From positions 570,001 to 602,000 of the forward strand of contig NZ_LT934425.1 in the NCBI RefSeq assembly GCF_900232105.1: a stretch of 32,000 nucleotides of DNA. Reading direction: 5' to 3'. The notes under the pieces were generated by a model that was not told where the DNA came from, searched no databases, and saw only the letters and a program-made list of their open reading frames with translations. Position 1 is the first letter of the stretch. Every line of letters starts with the position of its first letter. This document shows positions 19,001-25,715 of the stretch, one piece after another. Made by a program: the position numbers and the translations under genes. Origin of the DNA: Candidatus Kuenenia stuttgartensis (GTDB taxonomy: Bacteria; Planctomycetota; Brocadiia; Brocadiales; Brocadiaceae).

Positions 19001-21763
19001 TCTTACAATACTAGCATGCCCACTTATTAACGCCGTATTTTCAATGGTTGGATGAAAGGTAACCGGGACTGCCCATTCTCCTGAACCAGAAAAATCTTGA
19101 GTCCACTTACCGCCTTCAAACTCGGAGCCACATACCCAACCATCGCCATTTTGCTCGTCCATTGTATCCGTCAAAGTCCAATTCGTTCCTCCGTCGTGAG
19201 TATAATAAAGCTGTTTGGTCGGCCATAACCCAAGAAACCCTACCATTAATTTGTCAGGATTTACCGGACTCATCGCAATTTGTTGCGCTTGGCCGGTCGT
19301 TCCGTTACTAACAGGAGATGCCTTTGTTTGCGTGAATGTCAACCCCCCGTCTTTTGATTTATAAACGCCATTAGTATTTGCCGTTGCATACATAATATTG
19401 GGATTGTTGTAATTAATTACCGTCGCGTATGGATGAGATGGTAGCCCTGTTCCTATTTTTGTTACTGTTGCGGAACTGCCGTTATCCACAACCTTGTACA
19501 AGCCCCAGCCGGTTGATACAAATAGGATACTGCTATCAGTTGGATGTACTTTTATATCATACAACCCGTCATAGGCGTCTAAAACATACCCGCCTCCCGA
19601 TTTATTGACCAAATTCCACGTCGTGCCGCCATCGATTGATTTTAAGAGTCCGCCTTCACTCTGCGCCGCGTAAATCGTACTTCCCGCAAAAGCAAAATGA
19701 ATACCGCCCACGGCTTTGTATCTATGAAAATGCGCATCTTTAACCATTGTCCAATTATCGCCACCGTCGGTCGTCCTAAATATTCCTTCCGCGTCATGCT
19801 GTTTGGATATTGGCGTGCCACTGGCACTCATCTCACTTCCGGCAACATAAACGATATTCGGATTTGTAGGATCAACGACTATAGAAGCCCCGCCATTGGC
19901 AAAGAATCCATTTGCCTTTCTTTCCCATTTAATACTGTAAGGGTCTGCATTGGCATTTGTGGTTTTCCATACCTGATTTGTGTCGGAAACTAAATATGCA
20001 ATATTGGAATTGGATGGAGCATAAACAATACCACTTATCAACTGCCATCCCTCGCCCCCTGAAAGCCCCGCCGTCTTCTGAGCTTGCGTTCTTTTGACTA
20101 CCTGCTGCCATGTCTGTGTACTGCCAGATTGTTTAGAGATTATGGCTTTTGTACTCTTTTTTGACGATACACTGTTGCGTGATCCGCCAGCAGGATAGTA
20201 CTCAACCAACGTCGTATGCGTCAACTCACTGCCATTTACTGTTTCATCCGAAGTCTCCGAACCCGATGTCACATCTGACTCTGACTCTGTCTCTGACCCG
20301 GTCTCTACTGTCGACAAAGCACCATCTCCCGATACGGTAAAGATGTATCCTTCACCTATGTTATCCTTGCTCTTTAAACTTACCTCGTTACCAACAATGC
20401 TGACATCGGCGCTCCCATCCCCTGACTCAACAAAATAACCGTCAGTCCGCTGCACCGCGGTTACCGTCTCACCCACATTAAGCGTTATAGCCCCTGACAA
20501 CGTCAAAAACACAGCAAAAAGCTTTCCTGTCTTTGGATGACGTGAATACATGACATCACTCCCCGCATAACTCTTTGTACTATGATAAACACTGCCATCC
20601 CATGTACGTTCACTGAGCGGCACATTATTAAGATTATCCCAGTTGGGTATGCACCTTATGAGTTTGAGTCGGGGAGAAACCTCGGTAATACTCTTAAAAC
20701 CCGACATATCTCCTGTGTCGCCAAACCACCCAAACCAATTATACCAGCCGCCGTTAATGCCAGCCTTGGCTGCAAAAAGACGATTCCTGTATTCATCTGC
20801 TTCGTTTGTTTGGGAGTTGCCAACCTTGTCTTTTGTAATATCTACCCCGGCATTAAAATTGTTGGCATCATCTACATAATTTGTATTTTGCGGGCTTTTT
20901 TGGCTTAGCATATCCGGCGTTAGCTCATCCTTGTCTGCCCGGACTTTTACCTGATATATCCATTCATCATTGTCCGACTCACTATAGAGCAACGTTGGTT
21001 GAACGATCCATTTAGAATTCGTGAATTCCTGAGAAATCCTTGTCCTTAATTTCTTGTAAAATGCAGCCATTCCCTCTGAATACGTTGCATACTCATGGGT
21101 AATGGCGCCATGCACCAAACCCAGATCCGCTCCTGTCCAATAAGACAAATCTACAGATATGTTATTCCCCGTTTCGTCTAATCTGTAAAATTCACCTGCA
21201 AGCTTTGGCTCATCAATTATATATCCGCCAAAGGTGAACGGCAACCCTGGGTTTTCATAACTCTTTGCCAGGCTTATAATATTTTCAACTACCTCATCAA
21301 TAACCGCCTGTTGCTGAAAATCCCACATTACGTAAAATTGCTCTGAAGACCCGGCAGGGTGATAACCTGTCGCCAGATTGTAAGGAAACGGATCATGGCT
21401 TTTCCATACCATACGCTGATTGTAAAATTCCTTAGCTTCCTCTGAAAGAGGCTGCGTAATGTCTATCGCCCTGCTATATCCTGATAAAATCTGTGGATAC
21501 CATTGTGGGTTGATCAGATAATACTTAAGGCCTGTGCAATTGGGATTATTGTGATAGTCTGTAACTTCTGAGGATGGATTTATCGCAATGGAATCATACC
21601 CCATCTGCCTTGCATAGCTAACGTCCTCAGATGGTTTATCATTCCAGTGTATGCCATAAATATTTTGATATGCTTTTTCTTCCGCAAAATTCTTTTCGTT
21701 GAAAATAAAAATATGGGCAAATATTAAAAAGAAAATACTTACGCTGCTGATTCTTAGCTTCAT
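13085..21763 (-). CDS. Giant secreted mosaic protein: signal peptide, glycoside-hydrolase-like N-terminal region, Asp-box (BNR/sortilin/GH74-like) beta-propeller, Ig/FN3-like domains, 3 LamG-like and 6 Big_5-type Ig-like repeats
   Basis: ORF 13085..21796; the likely start is Met 21763 (MKLRISSVSIFFLIFAHIFIFNEKNFAEEKAY, signal peptide-like) behind TTAGGAG. At least seven Asp-box motifs (e.g. TTDGGDNW, SIDGGTTW, SKDGGLTF, THDGGTNW, TTNGGVTW, STDKGSTW, STDYGMTW); 'EISVSAWFYKN...KVDEVRVYNRALSDQEVLSLFN' LamG; 'TTPPEVSTTSPANGATNVAIDSVITGTFSEAM...' Big_5. Confidence 0.93.
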   Translation of the reverse strand: MKLRISSVSIFFLIFAHIFIFNEKNFAEEKAYQNIYGIHWNDKPSEDVSYARQMGYDSIAINPSSEVTDYHNNPNCTGLKYYLINPQWYPQILSGYSRAIDITQPLSEEAKEFYNQRMVWKSHDPFPYNLATGYHPAGSSEQFYVMWDFQQQAVIDEVVENIISLAKSYENPGLPFTFGGYIIDEPKLAGEFYRLDETGNNISVDLSYWTGADLGLVHGAITHEYATYSEGMAAFYKKLRTRISQEFTNSKWIVQPTLLYSESDNDEWIYQVKVRADKDELTPDMLSQKSPQNTNYVDDANNFNAGVDITKDKVGNSQTNEADEYRNRLFAAKAGINGGWYNWFGWFGDTGDMSGFKSITEVSPRLKLIRCIPNWDNLNNVPLSERTWDGSVYHSTKSYAGSDVMYSRHPKTGKLFAVFLTLSGAITLNVGETVTAVQRTDGYFVESGDGSADVSIVGNEVSLKSKDNIGEGYIFTVSGDGALSTVETGSETESESDVTSGSETSDETVNGSELTHTTLVEYYPAGGSRNSVSSKKSTKAIISKQSGSTQTWQQVVKRTQAQKTAGLSGGEGWQLISGIVYAPSNSNIAYLVSDTNQVWKTTNANADPYSIKWERKANGFFANGGASIVVDPTNPNIVYVAGSEMSASGTPISKQHDAEGIFRTTDGGDNWTMVKDAHFHRYKAVGGIHFAFAGSTIYAAQSEGGLLKSIDGGTTWNLVNKSGGGYVLDAYDGLYDIKVHPTDSSILFVSTGWGLYKVVDNGSSATVTKIGTGLPSHPYATVINYNNPNIMYATANTNGVYKSKDGGLTFTQTKASPVSNGTTGQAQQIAMSPVNPDKLMVGFLGLWPTKQLYYTHDGGTNWTLTDTMDEQNGDGWVCGSEFEGGKWTQDFSGSGEWAVPVTFHPTIENTALISGHASIVRKTTNGGVTWKYSNTGYTGSAGIVSSPSLFGWDRDDPNVLATFHMDFGPMLTTDGEDTFKSISTATPKGSAAGGAIKGNIIVEINGNWTDGEYKVAVSRNSGDSFAAISGTEGGENDWLNCLMSFHPQNNNILYAGKYRFDNIRTSNAYVAVANSKVVLGMFQGNGDIVYTWGKDGTTGNWYIQKSTDKGSTWSATNLYPSIPVKSGNHIKQIAIDPTNQNRIYAAVRNEGIYIITDTSANGGETIYRGNANGITKSRYGYEDINSVAVDPNNPNVVYAAAYASWYGHSNGIFRSTDYGMTWTNINGNLGSDINIHGISVNPYNSYVYISSFAGTWKLPPPSSTSVADTTAPNCSISINSGDAYIGSRTVTLTLSATDNVGVAGYFLSTSSMTPSASATGWTSVTSSISYTEDVSYTLSSGDGTKMVYVWYKDAAGNVSEASSDSIILDTVNPVATITSPTSSATYETTSSMINLGGNASDSASGVSSVTWSNNKGVSGTASGSTSWNISGIGLSGGENIITITATDGAGNTETDTITVIYTGATTPDGTIPTATTGSATDVTSGTATLNGTVNAGGLLTTVWFEYGETSGSYGSKSSTQSAGGSNEATISIGISGLSAGKTYYYRIAAQNSAGTTYGSKMSFTTSSGMPSTDTSSALHAFYAFDDGSGATATDSSGNNRNGTITGATWTTGKIGGALGFNGTSNYVSIPRLNYDEISVSAWFYKNANDTANADAIFGGWRWSSNLQQQEGFDLRFHQSSPNTLNFILTSKNVSGTRITKTGTYSFSNSVGNWHYAAGTYNKTTGEQKLYVDGQLVNTQLHPAGNTIVPLTSYSDMRIGYSRVNNGYMDGKVDEVRVYNRALSDQEVLSLFNDTVSPDTTPPEVSTTSPANGATNVAIDSVITGTFSEAMEAGSITQSTFLVSGGSGTIGGTVSYNGTTATFTPSGSLAYSTMYTVTVTTGVKDVSGNAMAANYTLSFTTDAAPDTTPPEVSTTSPANGATNVAIDSVITGTFSEAMDAGSITQSTFLVSGGSGTIGGTVSYSGTTATFTPSGNLSSSTTYTATITTGVKDVAGNGMDADYVWSFTTGASPDSTLQAHYAFDEGTGATATDSSGNNRNGTITGATWTTGKIGGALGFNGTSNYVSIPRLNYDEISVSAWFYKNANDTTNADAIFGGWRWSSNLQQQEGFDLRFYPSSPDRLDFILTSKNVSGTRTTKTGTYSFSNSVGNWHYAAGTYNKTTGEQKLYVDGQLVNTQLHPAGNTIVPLTSYSDMRIGYSRVNNGYMDGKVDEVRVYNRALSDQEVLSLFNDTVSPDTTPPEVSTTSPANGATNVAIDSVITGTFSEAMEAGSITQSTFLVSGGSGTIGGTVSYNGTTATFTPSGSLAYSTMYTVTVTTGVKDVSGNAMAANYTLSFTTGAAPDTTPPEVSTTSPANGATNVAIDSVITGTFSEAMEAGSITQSTFLVSDGNGTIGGTVSCSDTTVTFTPSGTLAYSTTYTVTVTTGVKDVSGNAMAANYTLSFTTDAAPDTTPPEVSTTSPANGATNVAIDSVITGTFSEAMDAGSITQSTFLVSGGSGTIGGTVSYSGTTATFTPSGSLAYSTMYTVTVTTGVKDVSGNAMAANYTLSFTTGAAPDTTPPTVSATSPANGATNVAIDSVITGTFSEAMEAGSITQSTFLVSDGNGTIGGTVSCSDTTVTFTPSGTLAYSTMYTVTVTTGVKDVAGNAMAANYTWSFTTGAAQDTTQQAYYTFDEGRGTTATDSSGNNRNGTITGATWTTGKIGGALNFDGNDYVTIPRMNYDEISVSAWFNKNASGTSVIFGGFIYNADVQLQEGFDLYFNSGTPNRLRFVVVTRNTSGTRTVKDATKDFTDSNGSWYHVVGTYNKTTGEQKLYVDGQLADTQTHPSGNVIVPLTSRNYMAIGTRYTDWGFFRGSIDEVRIYNQALSKEEVLLLFNKDTLSDTIPLEVVMMN
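13775..15058 (-). repeat. 4 tandem copies of a 321-bp (107-aa) Ig-like repeat within the giant ORF
   Basis: Unit boundaries at the D|TTPP codons: 13775-14095, 14096-14416, 14417-14737, 14738-15058. Near-identical at DNA level. Confidence 0.95.
15059..15727 (-). repeat. LamG-like domain copy 2 (669 bp), near-identical to 16370-17038
   Basis: Same sequence block ('cagtgtcattaaacaaagacaacacctcctggtcgctc...') at 15070 and 16381, offset exactly 1311 bp. Protein differs at only a few residues. Confidence 0.9.
15728..16369 (-). repeat. 2 tandem copies of the 321-bp Ig-like repeat
   Basis: Units 15728-16048 and 16049-16369, homologous to the 13775-15058 array. Confidence 0.93.
16370..17038 (-). repeat. 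LamG-like domain copy 1 (669 bp)
   Basis: Near-identical to 15059-15727 (offset 1311 bp). Confidence 0.88.
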
Positions 21764-21800
21764 TGCTATTGCTCCTAATAAAAGATTAACTAACAAACAT

Positions 21801-21879
21801 GGTGACCTGGCGAGCTTCGGTATTTCCGAAGCCCCATGGCTTTGCGTCCCAACCTCACGATTGGTTTGCCTTTTTCACG
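21801..21879 (-). promoter_or_regulatory. cyclic-di-GMP-I (GEMM-I) riboswitch in the 5' UTR of the giant ORF
   Basis: Minus strand: CGUGAAAAAGGCAAACCAAUCGUGAGGUUGGGACGCAAAGCCAUGGGGCUUCGGAAAUACCGAAGCUCGCCAGGUCACC. Diagnostic GEMM-I core 'GGCAAACC..GNRA-capped P2..UGGGACGCAAAGCC', P2 = CCAAUC-GUGA-GGUUGG with GNRA tetraloop, P3 = GCUUCGG-AAAUA-CCGAAGC, P1 closed by GUGA/UCAC. Located 38 nt upstream of the ATG at 21763. Confidence 0.92.
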
Positions 21880-22442
21880 TCTGCTATCTCTTATCAGGAG
21901 TTAGCAAACATAAAACTCAATATTTAGATTTGGCGATTCCTCCCTTCTCACTTAAAAATCTTTATTTACGATTTATCTCTACAAATGAGTCCAGTTTTTT
22001 TAAATGTAACTACAACAACTGCAGCTTTCGCAGTTCGCGCAGATTTTGTAATATTAAATTCCACAAATTATTTTTATCTTTTGTCCCTGTAATCTGTGAA
22101 ATCTGCGGTTACAAACACTTTTATTGGTCTGAAGTTTTACCTCGTTAACTGTTATAAATATCGACAATTCTTGAAAATATTTAATAAAATTATAAAACTA
22201 TTTTTAAGAAAAATATTCTCAAAACTAAATATACTACAACCTAAATTCTGCAATGCAATAGCACGTAGATGAGCGCTGACAAAAGCGGATTAAACAAGGT
22301 GCAAAGGTTGCACATTCTAAAAGCTCATAAGAAGTTAAAATTCCCTTGCACTGCCCCTCCTGGTTATGTTTAATATTGCTTGTAATTTTATTTTCTCAGT
22401 TGGTTACACTAACAACATCCGTTTTACAAAGCATAAGGTATT

Positions 22443-23420
22443 ATGATGAGATTACTATTAGATATCGCCCGAAAATATCGTAAAAAATTTCAACATTATC
22501 AGACTTACCAGAAAATAAAATATTTTGAATCTATCAATAATTTTGACCCAAAGAAAAATATAATAATTACAGGATCTCCGAGAAGTGGTACTACGTGGCT
22601 ACAAGAGTTGTTTTGTGACATTGAAAAAACGTATCCGTTGTTTGAACCACTGCATCTTGATGGCTCCCCAAAGTTTAAAGAAATAGGTTTTGAGTGGGGA
22701 CAGTACATTCCAGAAGATTATAATTGGCCTGAAGCAAAGGAGTTATTCGAAAGCCTTTTTAGAGGACAATATTTAACACCGTTCATGATTTCACATGCCA
22801 GGGTAGCGCAATTAAAAAATGCAGATTTCTTAATTATTAAATATGTAAGAGCAAATTCATTATTACCTTGGTTCGTTAGGCAATTCGATATCAGGCCACC
22901 TATTTATATTCTTAGGCATCCATGTGCTGCAATTGCTTCACAGATGAAAATGAACTGGTACACATGTTCAAAATTTACCATACCAAAAACGAAGTTCCCT
23001 GAAAAATATACAAAATATGAACATATATTAAATAATATTAATACAACACTAGAATATGTAGCAGCCAAATGGTGTTTGGATAATATAATACCATTAAATC
23101 ATCATGGAAATAATAGACTATGGATAACCGTTTTCTATGAAAATTTAATTGCGAACCCTCATGAAGAAGTACCCTATATTTTTAATAGGCTCAATCTGGA
23201 ATTACCTCGAAATCTATGGTATAAGGTTAATGTACCAAGTGCTATGACTGGTAGCATCTCGCCATTAAGACAAAACAAAATAGAACAATTAAGTAAATGG
23301 AAAAATGAGTTATCAGAAAGGGATATTGACTCTATCCTGGGTATGCTTAAAAAATTTGAGATAAAAATTTATGATGATAACATTTTCCCTGTTAAAACCA
23401 AGCAAACTCCAGCGAGGTAA
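22443..23420 (+). CDS. sulfotransferase domain protein (PAPS-dependent)
   Basis: 'NIIITGSPRSGTTWLQELFCDIEKTYPLFEPLH' 5'-PSB motif; 'IKYVRANSLLPWFVRQFDIRPPIYILRHPCAAIASQM' 3'-PB-like region; 'YIFNRLNLELP'. Confidence 0.85.
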   Translation: MMRLLLDIARKYRKKFQHYQTYQKIKYFESINNFDPKKNIIITGSPRSGTTWLQELFCDIEKTYPLFEPLHLDGSPKFKEIGFEWGQYIPEDYNWPEAKELFESLFRGQYLTPFMISHARVAQLKNADFLIIKYVRANSLLPWFVRQFDIRPPIYILRHPCAAIASQMKMNWYTCSKFTIPKTKFPEKYTKYEHILNNINTTLEYVAAKWCLDNIIPLNHHGNNRLWITVFYENLIANPHEEVPYIFNRLNLELPRNLWYKVNVPSAMTGSISPLRQNKIEQLSKWKNELSERDIDSILGMLKKFEIKIYDDNIFPVKTKQTPAR

Positions 23421-23596
23421 AACCTCAGACCAATAAAAACCCCCATTTTTTTGTATAGTTCCTCAAATTCTTCAACCGTGGAAACCTTGTATTTCACTCG
23501 TATTTCAAATATCTCTGTTTTTATCTTTCACCATTTTTTGCAGTGCAGAAAGACTTTCAGACTCTCCCTGAACACTTCTTCCTTAAATTTTCAACA

Positions 23597-24733
23597 TCAA
23601 AGCGTACCTCTATATACATCCAGAGTCATTTCCGCTATCGTTTCCCAATTATATTTTTCGGCAATAGTATTTATCTGTATCTTCCTTTGTTCTTCGTTTA
23701 ATGATCTTTGAATAAATCCTTGTATCTTTAATGCAATAGCATCAACATCTCCGGGCTTAAAAAATCTGTCGCTTTCCAACCATACTTCTCTGTTAGCAGG
23801 AATATCGGATGCAATACAGGAAAGACCATAGCTCATCGCCTCAAGCAAAACTATCGGTAAACCCTCATAGTAAGAAGGTAATACAAAAAGCCCTGCGTGG
23901 CTATAAAGCTCCCACAGCGGTTCACCAGTGAGAAATCCTGTCAATATAATATTACTACTTTGGCTCGCCTTATTTTTTAAATCCAAGCTATATTTATCTT
24001 CATGATCAGCCCTGCCCACGATAACCAGTTTCCACTTTTCTGTTAGAAGGTGGGGGTTAGCAGTTGTCAGTTTATTAAAAGCGACAATCAGGTCGTGAAA
24101 CCCTTTTTCAGGCACAAAGCGCCCTACAGCAAGGATATATTTCTCTTTTGCGAGGGCATACTTTCTCAGGGTATTATTACCCGGTAAAATTGCTGGCAAC
24201 ACTACCCCGTTGGGTATTATTGTTACGCTTCTCTTGTATTTTGCATGAATATGATCCGCTATTGTTTGAGAAATAGTGATTATGTCGTTAGCCCATTTAC
24301 TCCCTGCAAGCTCGCCGAGTTTCAAAATACCCTTTGCCAGTATCCCCCACTTCTTTCTTTGATAATCAGGCCCATGATGAGTCATAACTACTTTTAGTCC
24401 AAAAAGCCGGGCGAGTGGTATGAACAAGGATGGTCCTATTGCATGGATATGCAGGATATCCGGAGAAAACTTTTTTGCAGCAAAAATTCCGATAAAGGTA
24501 TGTAAAAATGTCTCAAGGAATTTATTCTTTAGGCATGGCAAAGGAATTAATGTTACCCCTTTATACTCAGTAATATTTATATCAACGTAGGGTTTTCTGG
24601 TAAAAACTATTACCTCGCAACCTTTTTCAACCAATTGAGGATAGAGATTTTCGCAATGTGCCTCCACGCCACCCTGTATGTGCGGAAATCCACGGGTACC
24701 TAGAACGGCTATTTTAAGTTTAGAATGGTTCAT
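23597..24733 (-). CDS. glycosyltransferase family 4
   Basis: 'MNHSKLKIAVLGTRGFPHIQGGVEAHCENLYPQLVEKGCEVIVFTRKPY', 'VVGRADHEDKYSLDLK', 'HAGLFVLPSYYEGLPIVLLEAMSYGLSCIASDIPANREVW'. The alternative upstream ATG at 24754 lies inside the heptad repeats. Confidence 0.92.
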   Translation of the reverse strand: MNHSKLKIAVLGTRGFPHIQGGVEAHCENLYPQLVEKGCEVIVFTRKPYVDINITEYKGVTLIPLPCLKNKFLETFLHTFIGIFAAKKFSPDILHIHAIGPSLFIPLARLFGLKVVMTHHGPDYQRKKWGILAKGILKLGELAGSKWANDIITISQTIADHIHAKYKRSVTIIPNGVVLPAILPGNNTLRKYALAKEKYILAVGRFVPEKGFHDLIVAFNKLTTANPHLLTEKWKLVIVGRADHEDKYSLDLKNKASQSSNIILTGFLTGEPLWELYSHAGLFVLPSYYEGLPIVLLEAMSYGLSCIASDIPANREVWLESDRFFKPGDVDAIALKIQGFIQRSLNEEQRKIQINTIAEKYNWETIAEMTLDVYRGTL

Positions 24734-24862
24734 GGATGATGGCTCTTGGCTCATGGCTCATGGTTCATGGTTCATGGTTCATGGCTGATGGCTCATAGGT
24801 TATGGCTCTTGGCTCATGGGTTTTACATCTAAAATCAGCCATCAGCCATCAGCTATCAGCTA
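24731..24862. repeat. degenerate heptameric tandem arrays (GGTTCAT / GGCTCAT / GGCTGAT and inverted ATCAGCC / ATCAGCT)
   Basis: '...catggctcatggttcatggttcatggttcatggctgatggctcataggttatggctcttggctcatggg' followed after a short spacer by 'atcagccatcagccatcagctatcagct'. Confidence 0.85.
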
Positions 24863-25234
24863 AATAGTTTTCTTTATTGCATTTATAAGACTTGAAAGCT
24901 GCTTACCGATTGTATCTCCTGCTATTCGTAAATCATTAAGGTTTGAACTGGAAATCCATTTATTTTTGTAAAATATAGTTAGAAAAGTAATTGTTTCAAA
25001 TAGTGACCCACGTGCGATGTACAGGTATTGGATAAATTCTTTTTTAGAATTACGCCCTTTGCCTTCGGCAATGTTTGCGGAAATTGATGCTACAGATGAT
25101 TCTAATTGTTCTATAAGCCTGTAATGATTCCGATTAGTATTCATTATTTCAGCAATATCAATGACACTTACTGCAAAATCTACAGCTTTTTGCCAAACCT
25201 CCAAATCCTCAAAACTAAACTTTATTCCACTCAT
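24860..25234 (-). CDS. four-helix-bundle protein, 23S rRNA-intervening-sequence (IVP/S23, TIGR02436-like) family, copy 1
   Basis: 'FSFEDLEVWQKAVDFAVSVIDIAEI...HYRLIEQLESSVASISANIAEGKGRNSKKEFIQYLYIARGSLFETITFL' is the hallmark sequence of this family. Confidence 0.92.
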   Translation of the reverse strand: MSGIKFSFEDLEVWQKAVDFAVSVIDIAEIMNTNRNHYRLIEQLESSVASISANIAEGKGRNSKKEFIQYLYIARGSLFETITFLTIFYKNKWISSSNLNDLRIAGDTIGKQLSSLINAIKKTI

Positions 25235-25249
25235 TTTCCTCCCCTCCCT

Positions 25250-25294
25250 TGACCATCAGCCATGAGCTATCAGCTATCAGCTATCAGCCATCAG
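25250..25294. repeat. heptameric repeats (ATCAGCC/ATCAGCT/ATGAGCT) between the two IVP-like genes
   Basis: 'gaccatcagccatgagctatcagctatcagctatcagccatcagct'. Confidence 0.85.
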
Positions 25295-25669
25295 CTAAAT
25301 AGTTTTCTTTATTGAATTTATAAGACTTGAAAGCTGCTTACCGATTGTATCTCCTGCTATTCGTAAATCATTAAGGTTTGAACTGGAAATCCATTTATTT
25401 TTGTAAAATATAGTTAGAAAAGTAATTGTTTCAAATAGTGACCCACGTGCAATATACAGATATTGGATAAATTCCTTTTTAGAATTACGCCCTTTGCCTT
25501 CGGCAATGTTTGCGGAAATTGATGTTACAGATGATTGTAATTGTTCTATAAGCCTGTAATGATTCCGATTTTTATTCATTATTTCAGCAATATCAATGAC
25601 ACTAACTGCAAAATCTACAGCTTTTTGCCAAACCTCCAAATCTTCAAAACTAAACTTTATTTCACACAT
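25295..25669 (-). CDS. four-helix-bundle protein, 23S rRNA-IVP-like, copy 2
   Basis: The start at 25669 (MCEIKFSFEDLEVW...) aligns exactly with copy 1 start + 435; only 6 of 124 residues differ. The ORF track start 25690 is probably too long. Confidence 0.9.
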   Translation of the reverse strand: MCEIKFSFEDLEVWQKAVDFAVSVIDIAEIMNKNRNHYRLIEQLQSSVTSISANIAEGKGRNSKKEFIQYLYIARGSLFETITFLTIFYKNKWISSSNLNDLRIAGDTIGKQLSSLINSIKKTI

Positions 25670-25715
25670 CTTCCTCCCCTCCCTTGACAATCAGCCATCA
25701 GCTATGAGCCATGCG

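Noticed and set aside
13191-20908. Other small ORFs on both strands inside the giant gene (e.g. 15556..15792, 16867..17109, 18609..18956, 20582..20908)
   Set aside because: Completely contained in the long, domain-rich 2.9-k-aa frame. No recognisable products.
21699-22148. 149-aa plus-strand ORF
   Set aside because: Spans the start of the giant gene and the riboswitch in antisense. The sequence is explained by those features.
24860-25669. Diversity-generating retroelement (Avd-like protein present)
   Set aside because: No reverse transcriptase, template repeat or adenine-biased variable repeat seen in the window. The family resemblance fits orphan IVP-like genes better.
24860-25669. Four-helix-bundle genes as true 23S rRNA intervening sequences
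   Set aside because: No rRNA sequence flanks them. They sit between glycosyltransferase and radical SAM genes.
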